Of a stretch of DNA of 64,000 nucleotides, positions 9,705 through 18,920 are shown piece after piece. Each line of letters opens with the position of its first letter. The stretch's first letter is position 1. The translations under genes and the position numbers were made by a program. The notes under the pieces are model-generated. The model saw only the letters and a program-made list of their open reading frames with translations. It made no database searches and was not told the origin of the DNA. This DNA is from a virus (taxonomy: Duplodnaviria; Caudoviricetes). Location: IMG/VR virus record IMGVR_UViG_3300025671_008697; one strand, 5' to 3'.

Positions 9705-10430
9705 TTATGATGTGAGAAGATTTTTTAGGTAATCATTGTGTAATGATAGCCAAAACTTATTATGATCAATGTTGTCTTGTTTTATTTTATAATTTAATGG
9801 TTCAAGTAAAGATTGACCCGAAGTTTTTATAATATCTTGTAATTTTAAAACTAAGTCGGCCGATAAAAAATTTTCTAATTTATAATCTACTTTTTGCTTG
9901 CAATATGTTATAGTGTTATAATTGTTTAAATCTACATCCTCATGGTTAAAACCATGAGCTTTTTTAAAAAACGCAAGTTGTTTTTGTGTGTCCCAATCAG
10001 TATATAATAATATTTGAAAATCATTTTTATGAAATGTATAATCTTCGATGCTGGGATTACAATAAAAAAATAACTTATTATTATAGCAGGATGTTTTTGT
10101 TTCTTCGTTTAAAGGCCATATTTCTGTTTTTTTCCAATTTTCTATATTATTAATATTCCAATGAATTTCATAAATTTTTGGTAGTAATTTATAATACTTT
10201 TGGTAAAAAAATAGGTTATTCAATAAACGCATTTCTTTTAAAATGTCTTCAGTCAATTCTGCATAGTTTTCTGGAAGATTTTTCGGCCAGCCTGATCCCT
10301 TAATAGTTTCGTAGTTTTCTAAGATTAATTTCTTACTTGCGAATTCGCATTTAAATTTAGTTCCTAACAATATATGCCATAAAGCATAAAAACCACCACT
10401 CCCCCCAAAATAATACAAAGCAACATTCAT
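9705..10430 (-). CDS. Hypothetical AT-rich protein, possibly sulfotransferase-like
   Basis: N-terminal YYFGGSGG Gly loop; has its own TAAATA motif 6 nt before ATG. Confidence 0.5.
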   Translation of the reverse strand: MNVALYYFGGSGGFYALWHILLGTKFKCEFASKKLILENYETIKGSGWPKNLPENYAELTEDILKEMRLLNNLFFYQKYYKLLPKIYEIHWNINNIENWKKTEIWPLNEETKTSCYNNKLFFYCNPSIEDYTFHKNDFQILLYTDWDTQKQLAFFKKAHGFNHEDVDLNNYNTITYCKQKVDYKLENFLSADLVLKLQDIIKTSGQSLLEPLNYKIKQDNIDHNKFWLSLHNDYLKNLLTS

Positions 10431-10436
10431 GGCAAA

Positions 10437-10473
10437 TATTTATAGGCATGCCTGTTATTGTATTTGATAAATA
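10437..10473. promoter_or_regulatory. Divergent pair of TAAATA late-type promoters
   Basis: TAAATA on - at 10442-10437 and on + at 10468-10473, each exactly 6 nt from an ATG, neither with an SD. Confidence 0.65.
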
Positions 10474-10479
10474 TCTTGT

Positions 10480-11004
10480 ATGGCCACTAATATTAAATCA
10501 GTACTTGACAACGTCAAGAAAATCTACATGACAGACAGCGTACTTGAAAGTTTGCTGGACTACGAGCGTGTACTTGACGAACTGGATCTGTACACATTTG
10601 CTAACTGGAAAACCGGCGAATTGCTGGCTGGGCCGGACTACGAAAAATACTTTGTAACCTGCAAGTGGATGTTTAGATATCGCGAAATGCCCGATCCAGC
10701 AGGTGCTGAACGTTTACTAAATTATGGCTGTGAAGTAACCTACGAGAAGGATATGTTAGAATATCCAGTTGAAGTCAAAACCCCAGATGACTTTAAGCCA
10801 GGTACAAAAGTTCCTAAACTAGTCAGCACCCCAATTTGGGTAGTTACAATTACCATGCCTAAACGTTTGATGAGCGACATTCAAGCAGGTGCTCTAGAAC
10901 TTGAGAACGAAACACTGGACATGGAAGACGTTGAGGACGCTTACGAAGACGGACTTGACCAAGTACAACAAACAGGAATAAACAATGAGCAACCAGCTAT
11001 TTGA
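10480..11004 (+). CDS. Hypothetical late protein
   Basis: 174 aa with acidic C-terminus; follows a late motif. Confidence 0.7.
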   Translation: MATNIKSVLDNVKKIYMTDSVLESLLDYERVLDELDLYTFANWKTGELLAGPDYEKYFVTCKWMFRYREMPDPAGAERLLNYGCEVTYEKDMLEYPVEVKTPDDFKPGTKVPKLVSTPIWVVTITMPKRLMSDIQAGALELENETLDMEDVEDAYEDGLDQVQQTGINNEQPAI

Positions 11005-11536
11005 AGGTCTTGAAGAAGGCGACTTGGCAAGACTGGTCAGCAATGTCTATAGTATTGATGAGTTTAAAAGCAAGATGGGCGATGATGCTGACATCATTGT
11101 ACTAGGGTTTGTTGTTGATGATAAAAACCCTGCAATGGATTTAATGAACTTTGTTGAACGTGGATACGATTTTGTCTTAGACGCAGATGTAAGTGCAGGT
11201 GAGGCACAAAACGGCGAGTACATGGTATTCGTTGAAATGGAACGCAACGAAGATGCACCTGAACATATTCACCAGTTAATCAGTGATATTACAAACCTAA
11301 CAGACATAGACATGGCGGATTGGGAATTTAAGTATCGCAAAAGCAACACCAAATACGACTGCACAGAAGAAAACATTGCTAGAATTGTTCCCTTAACTGC
11401 ACGTCAATACAGAGCAAAGTTTGGAGCAGATGATGAACTTAATGCCATGCGTGAATCAGCCCGTGTTCCTATGAAGTCATTGGGCGAGCCTGACAAATTT
11501 AAAGAACAAATTCAAATAGCAGCTGGCATCAGATAA
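10985..11536 (+). CDS. Hypothetical late protein
   Basis: 183 aa acidic protein overlapping the upstream gene. Confidence 0.7.
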   Translation: MSNQLFEGLEEGDLARLVSNVYSIDEFKSKMGDDADIIVLGFVVDDKNPAMDLMNFVERGYDFVLDADVSAGEAQNGEYMVFVEMERNEDAPEHIHQLISDITNLTDIDMADWEFKYRKSNTKYDCTEENIARIVPLTARQYRAKFGADDELNAMRESARVPMKSLGEPDKFKEQIQIAAGIR

Positions 11537-11545
11537 CAACATTGC

Positions 11546-11551
11546 TAAATA
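11546..11551 (+). promoter_or_regulatory. TAAATA late-type promoter of the lysis cassette
   Basis: Intergenic motif 6 nt before ATG 11558. Confidence 0.6.
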
Positions 11552-11557
11552 CAGCAA

Positions 11558-11701
11558 ATGTTGAGTAAACTCGAAAAAAACGCATCACAAGTTGTAAAAC
11601 CCACAGCAAAATCAGTGCAAAAGCCATGGTACTTTATCAGCGTGGGCGTAGGTACTCAAGCACAGCCACTGAGAAAAGGAGCACAAAAAAATGGCAACTG
11701 A
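11558..11701 (+). CDS. 47-aa leaderless ORF overlapping the endolysin start
   Basis: MLSKLEKNASQVVKPTAKSVQKPWYFISVGVGTQAQPLRKGAQKNGN; translated by hand, fills the gap before the lysin. Confidence 0.4.
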   Translation: MLSKLEKNASQVVKPTAKSVQKPWYFISVGVGTQAQPLRKGAQKNGN

Positions 11702-12569
11702 ATTTGAATTTGATTTTACAAAAGAACACCTAGCAGAAATTATATCTGCTGACGCAGATGATTGGTATGATGCACTGTGCGAACTGTTACCTAAATATGG
11801 TATTACCACAGAGCGCAGAGTAGCGCACTTTCTTAGCCAGTGTGCTCATGAATCAGCAGGCTTTAAGCGTCTAGAAGAAAATTTAAATTACAGTGCCAAG
11901 GCACTACGTGCAGTATTTGGTCGTTATTTTGGTGAACCACCCAAGCGTGACGCAGACGAATATCATCGTCAACCTGAAATGATTGCCAACTACGTGTACA
12001 TGGACGAGTTCCGCAAGTACAAAATGGGCAACGTTAATGAAGGTGATGGTTGGCTATTCCGTGGCCGAGGACTCAAGCAGTTGACAGGGCGTGAAAACTA
12101 CACACGTTTCGGTGCCAGCGTAGACATGACTGCAGAAGAAGCAGCAGAGTATGTGGCAACTCCTGCGGGTGCTATTGAAAGTGCCTGCTGGTTCTGGGAC
12201 GCAAACAACTTAAACGATATTGCAGACAGTGACGATGTCAAGCGTATGACTAAAAAGATCAACGGTGGTACTATTGGACTTGAAGACCGTCAAAAACGTT
12301 ATGTGCATGCCATGAAAGTGTTAGGCATGAGTGCAGAAGAAATAGCAGCAGATGATGACGACGAAGTAGAGATAGAAGATATCGGTGTACTACGTAAAGG
12401 CTGCAGAGGTGACGGTGTCAAGATGATGCAGGCTGCATTAGGTCTAGATGCTGACGGTGTGTTTGGTCCCGGCACAGAACGTGCATTGAAGCAATGGCAG
12501 ACAGACAACGGTTTAACTGCTGACGGTATTGCAGGTCCTAAGACTTTAGAAAAACTTTTAGAGGACTGA
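11691..12569 (+). CDS. Endolysin: GH19 catalytic domain plus C-terminal peptidoglycan-binding repeats
   Basis: AHFLSQCAHES, EENLNYS, RGRGLKQLTG, INGG; DGVFGPGT and DGIAGPKT PG_binding_1-like repeats; SD AGGAG. Confidence 0.9.
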   Translation: MATEFEFDFTKEHLAEIISADADDWYDALCELLPKYGITTERRVAHFLSQCAHESAGFKRLEENLNYSAKALRAVFGRYFGEPPKRDADEYHRQPEMIANYVYMDEFRKYKMGNVNEGDGWLFRGRGLKQLTGRENYTRFGASVDMTAEEAAEYVATPAGAIESACWFWDANNLNDIADSDDVKRMTKKINGGTIGLEDRQKRYVHAMKVLGMSAEEIAADDDDEVEIEDIGVLRKGCRGDGVKMMQAALGLDADGVFGPGTERALKQWQTDNGLTADGIAGPKTLEKLLED

Positions 12570-12570
12570 C

Positions 12571-12735
12571 ATGTTTACACAATGGATAAAAGATAGAATC
12601 AGTGAACGCACCAGCTGGAATGGTGCAGCACTGATTGTAATGGGATTATTAGCAGTTTTTGCTGCCAACTTGGCAAAGTTAGTTGGTGGCATCGCAGTTC
12701 TATATGGTATCTGGACCATATGGAAAAAAGGTTAA
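12571..12735 (+). CDS. Small two-TM membrane protein, holin candidate
   Basis: MFTQWIKDRISERTSWNGAALIVMGLLAVFAANLAKLVGGIAVLYGIWTIWKKG (54 aa, hand-translated); starts 1 nt after the lysin stop. Confidence 0.55.
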   Translation: MFTQWIKDRISERTSWNGAALIVMGLLAVFAANLAKLVGGIAVLYGIWTIWKKG

Positions 12736-12765
12736 TCGATTAGTTTTAGATTCAAAGGAGAAAAA

Positions 12766-13842
12766 ATGAAAAAACTATTTGTAGCACTAGTGGCTAGCGT
12801 AATCGGCTTGGCTGTTATTCCAACACAGGCCAAAGATCCAATCAAAGCAGCATGGGTATATGTTGGACCTGTAGGAGATGCAGGTTGGACATTTGCACAT
12901 GACCAAGGCCGTAAGGCAGTAGTAGCCAGATTTGGCGATGCTGTACAAACCACGTATGTAGAAAACGTGCCTGAGGGTGCCGACGCTGAGCGTGTGATTC
13001 GTGATCTTGCTCGTCAAGGTAACGATATCATCTTTGCTACATCGTTTGGTTTTATGGACCCAATGCTAAAAGTAGCAAAGGAATTCCCCAAAGTAAAATT
13101 TGAGCATGCCACAGGTTACAAGACTTCAAAAAATATGCGTCTATATGATGCCAGTTTTTATCACGACACCTACATGGCAGGTATTATTGCAGGCACAATG
13201 ACCAAAACAAATACCTTAGGTTTTGTTGGTAGTTTTCCTATTCCAGAAGTATTACGCAATATCAATGCATATACCTTAGGAGCACAATCAGTAAATCCTA
13301 ACGTCAAAGTAAAAGTTGTTTGGGTTAATACTTGGTTTGATCCTCCCAAGGAAACAGATGCCGCCCAGAGTCTAATTAATGCAGGTGCTGACGTACTATT
13401 GCAAAACACAGACAGTACAGCTGTGCTACAGACTGCTGATAAGAACGGCAAGTATGCATTTGGTTGGGACAGTGACATGAGTAAGTTTGCTGGCAAGGCG
13501 CACCTGGGCTCCGCCATTGCCAACTGGGGTCCATACTATATTCAGGCAATTGAAGAACTCAAGGCTGGCACTTGGAAAACCAAGCGTACAGTATGGGGTG
13601 TTAAAGAAGGCTTGAATGACCTTATCAAAATCAGCAAAGAAGTTCCAGCAGACGCTGTTGCCCGTGTAAATAAAGTTAAGGCAGGTATCAAAGCAGGAAC
13701 GTTTGATCCATTTACTGGTCCTGTAGTTGACAATACTGGTAAAACCAGACTTGCCGCAGGCAAAGTAAGCGATCAGGCCTGGCGAGACAGTATTAACTTT
13801 TTCGTCAAGGGTGTAGAAGGCGCTGTACCAGGAAGTAAGTAA
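12766..13842 (+). CDS. BMP-family ABC transporter substrate-binding protein (nucleoside-binding type)
   Basis: Signal peptide, WVYVGPVGDAGWTFAHDQGR, TSFGFMD, WFDPPKE; SD AAGGAG. Confidence 0.9.
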   Translation: MKKLFVALVASVIGLAVIPTQAKDPIKAAWVYVGPVGDAGWTFAHDQGRKAVVARFGDAVQTTYVENVPEGADAERVIRDLARQGNDIIFATSFGFMDPMLKVAKEFPKVKFEHATGYKTSKNMRLYDASFYHDTYMAGIIAGTMTKTNTLGFVGSFPIPEVLRNINAYTLGAQSVNPNVKVKVVWVNTWFDPPKETDAAQSLINAGADVLLQNTDSTAVLQTADKNGKYAFGWDSDMSKFAGKAHLGSAIANWGPYYIQAIEELKAGTWKTKRTVWGVKEGLNDLIKISKEVPADAVARVNKVKAGIKAGTFDPFTGPVVDNTGKTRLAAGKVSDQAWRDSINFFVKGVEGAVPGSK

Positions 13843-13844
13843 GC

Positions 13845-14270
13845 ATGGGTTTCAAGTTAGCCATTGCAATGTTTTTTGTGCTAGCCAGTCTGGCTGGTGT
13901 GGGTTATTGGTATTACAATGACACACAGGAAAGAATTCGCACACTACAACAAAACAATGCTAAACTTGAAACTGCTATACAGATCAACGAAGCCAGCATT
14001 AAAACAATGCAGGCTGATGCTGCTAAAAATGCAGCATTGACAAAACAATTACAGACTGATCTACAACAGGCAGAGCGGTATGGTGATGAGTTACGTAACA
14101 CATTACAAAAACACAACCTTACCGCTCTGGCACAACGTAAACCTGAATTAATCGAAAAGAGAATGCAAGATGCGACTAATAAGTTATGGGCCGATCTTCG
14201 CAGTATTACTGACCCTAACAGGGTGCGGGATACTAAGCAAGCCGGAACCAAAGATAGTAACAGTAACTAA
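13845..14270 (+). CDS. Inner-membrane spanin (Rz-like)
   Basis: N-terminal TM followed by long coiled coil; overlapped by a lipoprotein gene. Confidence 0.75.
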   Translation: MGFKLAIAMFFVLASLAGVGYWYYNDTQERIRTLQQNNAKLETAIQINEASIKTMQADAAKNAALTKQLQTDLQQAERYGDELRNTLQKHNLTALAQRKPELIEKRMQDATNKLWADLRSITDPNRVRDTKQAGTKDSNSN

Positions 14271-14556
14271 CACTGTTAAAACTACAGTACCTATAGTTGC
14301 CAGGCCCAAGGCAGTGAATCTCAACGACGTCAAAATCTACGTTGTCACAAAAGAAAACATAGATCAGTTCGAACAAGACTTTGCAAAGAAAAACGGCAGT
14401 TTAGTTTATATTGCTATCAGCATCAAAGACTATGAAAACCTAAGTCTAAACTTTGCGGAACTTAGACGCTACATAGAACAACAGCAGCAGATTATTGTCT
14501 ACTACGAAGAAGCAGTAAAGCCTGAAGAAAAGACCAAAGAGCCCGAAAATAAATAA
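14170..14556 (+). CDS. Outer-membrane spanin lipoprotein (Rz1-like)
   Basis: Lipobox LTGC, Pro-containing N-terminus, starts inside the i-spanin gene in another frame. Confidence 0.75.
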   Translation: MRLISYGPIFAVLLTLTGCGILSKPEPKIVTVTNTVKTTVPIVARPKAVNLNDVKIYVVTKENIDQFEQDFAKKNGSLVYIAISIKDYENLSLNFAELRRYIEQQQQIIVYYEEAVKPEEKTKEPENK

Positions 14557-14575
14557 TCTATAACAAGGAAAAATC

Positions 14576-14854
14576 ATGTGGGAAATGATACAGAATATGG
14601 CAAGTGATAGACTGTGGATTTACACAGGCATCTTTGGATCATTGTTCGGAGCAGCATTTTTGTTCTGGTTTAAAGATACAAAGATGGCTATATGGGCAGT
14701 AGGCAAGTTCGATAGCACATTAGAATACTTGGCAATCCGGTGGGGTTGGACCTGGTTGCAAAATGATCCTAATGCTTGGCGTGTTAAATACCCAAAAATT
14801 ACAGCAAAAATCGACGACTTAGAAACACGCATTCAAAAGTTAGAACAAAAATAA
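14576..14854 (+). CDS. Small membrane protein
   Basis: One TM (LWIYTGIFGSLFGAAFLFWF); TAAATA at 14550-14555 and SD AAGGA upstream. Confidence 0.65.
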   Translation: MWEMIQNMASDRLWIYTGIFGSLFGAAFLFWFKDTKMAIWAVGKFDSTLEYLAIRWGWTWLQNDPNAWRVKYPKITAKIDDLETRIQKLEQK

Positions 14855-14856
14855 CT

Positions 14857-14885
14857 TTGACTTAACTGCTATACTGTTGTATAAT
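14857..14885 (+). promoter_or_regulatory. Sigma70-type promoter for dnaJ
   Basis: TTGACT-N17-TATAAT, 6 nt before the GTG start. Confidence 0.75.
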
Positions 14886-14891
14886 CAATAA

Positions 14892-15725
14892 GTGGATTAC
14901 TATCAAACGTTGGGTGTTAGCAGAACTGCTAATGCCGACGAACTCAAACGTGCCTATAGAAAATTGGCCAGTCAGCACCACCCCGACAGAGGCGGGGATA
15001 CTGCACGATTTCAGGAAATACAGGCTGCTTACGATACATTAAGTGATCCTCAAAAGCGACAACAATACGATAATCCTCAACCACAACATCAGCATTTTGA
15101 ATTTAATTTTGGTCCAGGAGGTATGGATGAGATATTCAGCAACTTTTTTCGAGGACATCAAAATCCATTTCAACATGCTAGGCAACAACCCAGACGCAAT
15201 AAGGATATAAGAGCAGAAGTCGCTATAGGTTTGCAGGAAACATTAACAGATGCTAAACGTACTTTGAATATAAAAAGTCAAAATGGCGTAGTGCAAACTG
15301 TTGATATAACCATACCTCGAGGAGTCAGTGCTGGTACTACTATTAAGTATCCGGGTCTGGGTGATTATCTTTTTGAAAACTTACCCAGGGGTGATCTGTA
15401 CTTAACAGTTAACATTTATCATAATCCAAATTTCGAAGTTTCAGGTTTAGATTTAGTTACAAATTTGACTATAGACTCGTTTGATGCTATACTAGGAGTA
15501 GATGCACAAATTGTAGGCCTAGATGGCAAAGTTTTTACAGTAAGAACTCCCAAAAGTTGTCAGCACGGAACAAAACTCAAGATACCAGGAGAAGGTCTGT
15601 ATAAATTTCAACAGGATATTAAAGGAAACTTGTATGTGAAAATCCACATTAAAGTACCCTTTAATTTGACAGATGAACAACTAGAACAAATTAGAACAAT
15701 TAAACAACAACTAACTGCACGGTAA
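14892..15725 (+). CDS. dnaJ: DnaJ/CbpA-type co-chaperone (no zinc finger)
   Basis: J-domain DYYQTLGV...HHPD; C-terminal GDLYL and KIPGEG motifs. Confidence 0.9.
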   Translation: MDYYQTLGVSRTANADELKRAYRKLASQHHPDRGGDTARFQEIQAAYDTLSDPQKRQQYDNPQPQHQHFEFNFGPGGMDEIFSNFFRGHQNPFQHARQQPRRNKDIRAEVAIGLQETLTDAKRTLNIKSQNGVVQTVDITIPRGVSAGTTIKYPGLGDYLFENLPRGDLYLTVNIYHNPNFEVSGLDLVTNLTIDSFDAILGVDAQIVGLDGKVFTVRTPKSCQHGTKLKIPGEGLYKFQQDIKGNLYVKIHIKVPFNLTDEQLEQIRTIKQQLTAR

Positions 15726-15728
15726 ATA
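15723..15728 (+). promoter_or_regulatory. TAAATA late-type promoter overlapping the dnaJ stop
   Basis: 5 nt before the clpA ATG, no SD. Confidence 0.55.
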
Positions 15729-15733
15729 TTTTT

Positions 15734-18028
15734 ATGGTACAATCAAATCCAGACATAGAACGAATTATTGAAATGGCTACCAACATTGCCCAAAGTAAAC
15801 ATCACGAGTATGTAACTCTAGAGCATATACTACAAGGCATGTTGGCTTATGACCAATTCGCAGATTTCTTAGGCAAATTTGGCGTAGATGTTGAAAGTAT
15901 GCAAAAAGATCTAGATGCATACTTAGATCGCCAAGAGTATTTAGTTAGTAAAGTATATGATGTTGTACCAAAGAAAACACACAGTCTCGAGCGTGTGTTC
16001 AATCGTGCATTTACACAGGTTTTATTCAGTGGCAGGCATAACTTGCAAACAATAGATTTGTTTTTAAGTATCATGACAGAAGATAAAAGTTATGCTACTT
16101 ACATAATCAACAAGTATGGTTGCGAGCGTAGCAAACTAGTTAGTTTATGGAACAAAACTTTTCAAGAAAAGCATGGCGGAAAACGCAGTAAAAACCATGC
16201 TGACCAGGTGTTAGCGGAATATTGCGACAACTTAAATGTTCTTGTCAATGAAGGTAAAATTGATCCTGTAATTGGTAGAGAACACGAGATAGACGAAATC
16301 AGCCAAGTTTTAGCCAAACGAAACAAGAGCAATATATTGATGGTAGGTGATCCTGGTGTGGGCAAAACTGCTATTGCCGAAGGACTGGCACATAAAATTG
16401 TTAATCAAGAAGTACCTGCTTACCTTAAAGACTTTACTGTATTCAGTTTAGATATTGGTAGTTTGCTGGCAGGCAGTAAGTATCGTGGTGAGTTTGAAGA
16501 AAAAGTCAAAGAGGTAATGAAAGCATTGACTGTAAAAGGCAACTGTATTTTGTTCATCGATGAAGCACACCAGATGCGTGGCGCAGGCACAGGCAGTAAC
16601 AGTGGTCCCGACTTTGCCAACATGATTAAACCTGCATTAACTAAACGCAATGTCAAAGTTATTGCCTCAACTACATGGGAAGAATACACACAGAGTTTTG
16701 AAAAAGACCGTGCGCTAATGCGCCGCTTTTATCGTATGACTGTGGAAGAGCCCACACCTGAAGTTGCTAAAGAAATCCTAGTAGGATTAAAAGAATACTT
16801 CGAAGAGTTTCACGGCGGCGAGATCAGTGCAGAAGCCATCGAAGCCGCAGTAGATCTCAGTGTGCGCTACCAAACAGACAAACGACTGCCAGACAAAGCC
16901 ATTGATCTAATTGACACTGCGGCAGCAAAACTTAAAATCTATACCACAGGTTTTGTTGTACGCAAAAGTCACATTATTGATGCACTCAGTAAGTTTACTA
17001 AGATTCCAATTGAGCAGTTAGACACAGAAGCCACTAAGAACCTCGAAACACTGGAAGGTGACATTAAAGAAAAACTCTACGGACAGGATCAAGCAGTGGA
17101 CAACGTGCTTGAAAAGATTTATGTTAGCCGTGCAGGTTTGAAAGCAATCAACAAACCTGTAGGCACGTTTTTGTTCTTAGGCCCAACTGGTACAGGTAAA
17201 ACTGAACTGGCAAAACTGCTGGCAGAAAATTTGGGCATGAAACTGTTACGCTATGACATGAGCGAATACCAAGAACGTCACAGTGTGGCCAAACTGATCG
17301 GTGCACCTCCTGGGTATGTTGGCTACGATGATGGCAATCTGGGTGGCGGACTACTAATTAGTGATGTAGAGAAAAATCCCAACAGTGTTATCTTGTTTGA
17401 CGAAGTTGAAAAAGCGCACCCTGACGTCAGTAACGTATTGCTGAGTTTGATGGACGAAGGTGTAGTAACCAGCAGCAACGGCAAAAAAGCAGACTGTAGG
17501 AATACCATTGTTATTATGACCAGTAACTTGGGTGCTGCCGAAAGCGAACGTAATAGTATCGGCTTTGCCAGTTTGTCCAAAACAGGCGAAGATGACGCCG
17601 CAGTTAAAGAATTCTTTAAACCTGAGTTTAGAAATCGTTTAGACGGCATTGTTAAATTTAACAAACTGGCCACAGAAACTGTACGCAAGATTGTGGTCAA
17701 GTTTGTTGAAGAAATGAACGACTTGCTCAGTGACAAACGTATCTACGTCGAACTAAGCACCAGCGCCATTGATCACATTATTGACAAAGGTTACGATGAC
17801 AAGATGGGTGCTCGTCCGCTAAATAGAAAAATTAACGAACTTATCAAAGTTCCTTTGAGTAAACGTATATTGTTTGAAAATTTGCAAAATTGTACTGTAA
17901 ATGTCGAATATTATGATGGGGATTTACAATTTAACATTACCGAAAACACTTACCTGGTATACCCCACAGACAGCACCATAGACGAAAATGGCTATATTAT
18001 CCTGGACAAAATTAAATCCAACTGTTAA
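15734..18028 (+). CDS. clpA: ClpA-like Hsp100 AAA+ unfoldase
   Basis: Clp N-domain, GKIDPVIGR, GDPGVGKT, FIDEAH, LPDKAIDL, GPTGTGKT, LFDEVEKAHP, IGF loop. Confidence 0.9.
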   Translation: MVQSNPDIERIIEMATNIAQSKHHEYVTLEHILQGMLAYDQFADFLGKFGVDVESMQKDLDAYLDRQEYLVSKVYDVVPKKTHSLERVFNRAFTQVLFSGRHNLQTIDLFLSIMTEDKSYATYIINKYGCERSKLVSLWNKTFQEKHGGKRSKNHADQVLAEYCDNLNVLVNEGKIDPVIGREHEIDEISQVLAKRNKSNILMVGDPGVGKTAIAEGLAHKIVNQEVPAYLKDFTVFSLDIGSLLAGSKYRGEFEEKVKEVMKALTVKGNCILFIDEAHQMRGAGTGSNSGPDFANMIKPALTKRNVKVIASTTWEEYTQSFEKDRALMRRFYRMTVEEPTPEVAKEILVGLKEYFEEFHGGEISAEAIEAAVDLSVRYQTDKRLPDKAIDLIDTAAAKLKIYTTGFVVRKSHIIDALSKFTKIPIEQLDTEATKNLETLEGDIKEKLYGQDQAVDNVLEKIYVSRAGLKAINKPVGTFLFLGPTGTGKTELAKLLAENLGMKLLRYDMSEYQERHSVAKLIGAPPGYVGYDDGNLGGGLLISDVEKNPNSVILFDEVEKAHPDVSNVLLSLMDEGVVTSSNGKKADCRNTIVIMTSNLGAAESERNSIGFASLSKTGEDDAAVKEFFKPEFRNRLDGIVKFNKLATETVRKIVVKFVEEMNDLLSDKRIYVELSTSAIDHIIDKGYDDKMGARPLNRKINELIKVPLSKRILFENLQNCTVNVEYYDGDLQFNITENTYLVYPTDSTIDENGYIILDKIKSNC

Positions 18029-18710
18029 GTTAGAAGACACGACCAAAAAGTTCTTTAAACAGTACTTGTATAGAGCACGACTATATCTACCTGGTGGAAG
18101 GCTTACTCAAGGTTATCAAGAAAAGTCAATGAGCGAATTGATAGCATGGCGTAAGCAGATGGCTACAAGATATATTAACTATGGTGGCAGTTGGCTAGCA
18201 AAAAAGAACGGCAGAGTCAATGACATGCGTTTAGAAGATCTAGTCTATTGGCGCACACAGATTAGAGCAGTCAGCGAGTTTCACTTTAGAATAGAAGAAC
18301 CGTGGATGTGCGTTTATAGCAACAGTGAAAGTGACTTGTATAATTTAATCAAACAAAGTCCATCTCAAGGCAGATTGCTTAATATTAGCACACCAAAAAA
18401 CACAGACAGCGTTCGAGCATTAAAGGCAGGCGAGGTACTGGTAAAGTCTGATAATGGGTACAGTTATAGAATACACTTAAAAGAAGGTAAGATGACTGCA
18501 CAGATCGCGGCCGCACTGCTTAGTTTATTAGAATCGCAAGGCGATGAAGTCAAAATGACTAAAAGTTGTGAACAAAACTTACGCAAACGCAATGTATGGT
18601 TTACCAAAACATATTTTTACAGTAAGGACTTGCGAGTGCTTACTATGATCAACTTGATCGACCCAGATATTGTATCGGAATTTTTTAAACTTACAAAAAT
18701 AGACCGATAA
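17988..18710 (+). CDS. Hypothetical protein
   Basis: 240 aa ORF overlapping the clpA end. Confidence 0.6.
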   Translation: MAILSWTKLNPTVKLEDTTKKFFKQYLYRARLYLPGGRLTQGYQEKSMSELIAWRKQMATRYINYGGSWLAKKNGRVNDMRLEDLVYWRTQIRAVSEFHFRIEEPWMCVYSNSESDLYNLIKQSPSQGRLLNISTPKNTDSVRALKAGEVLVKSDNGYSYRIHLKEGKMTAQIAAALLSLLESQGDEVKMTKSCEQNLRKRNVWFTKTYFYSKDLRVLTMINLIDPDIVSEFFKLTKIDR

Positions 18711-18713
18711 ATA
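18708..18713 (+). promoter_or_regulatory. TAAATA late-type promoter
   Basis: gataaatatcttg context identical to 10466-10478; ATG 5 nt downstream. Confidence 0.6.
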
Positions 18714-18734
18714 TCTTGATGGTTAGGAAAACTA

Positions 18735-18899
18735 ATGGCTAAAATCCAAGAAGAAATTATCGCAATTAAAGTTAGCAAACTAGTTAAAGATTCAGAAGAA
18801 GCCGGCAAATTAGTCGGTGCTGAAACAGTGCAGGCACTTGAACAAGTAGCACAAGAACTAGTAGGCGAAGGTGTAATTGTCGAAGTAATCACTGAATAA
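18735..18899 (+). CDS. 54-aa hypothetical protein missed by the ORF track
   Basis: MAKIQEEIIAIKVSKLVKDSEEAGKLVGAETVQALEQVAQELVGEGVIVEVITE; SD AGGA; fills the intergenic gap. Confidence 0.7.
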   Translation: MAKIQEEIIAIKVSKLVKDSEEAGKLVGAETVQALEQVAQELVGEGVIVEVITE

Positions 18900-18920
18900 A
18901 CATTTTTATAAAGGTCTTAA

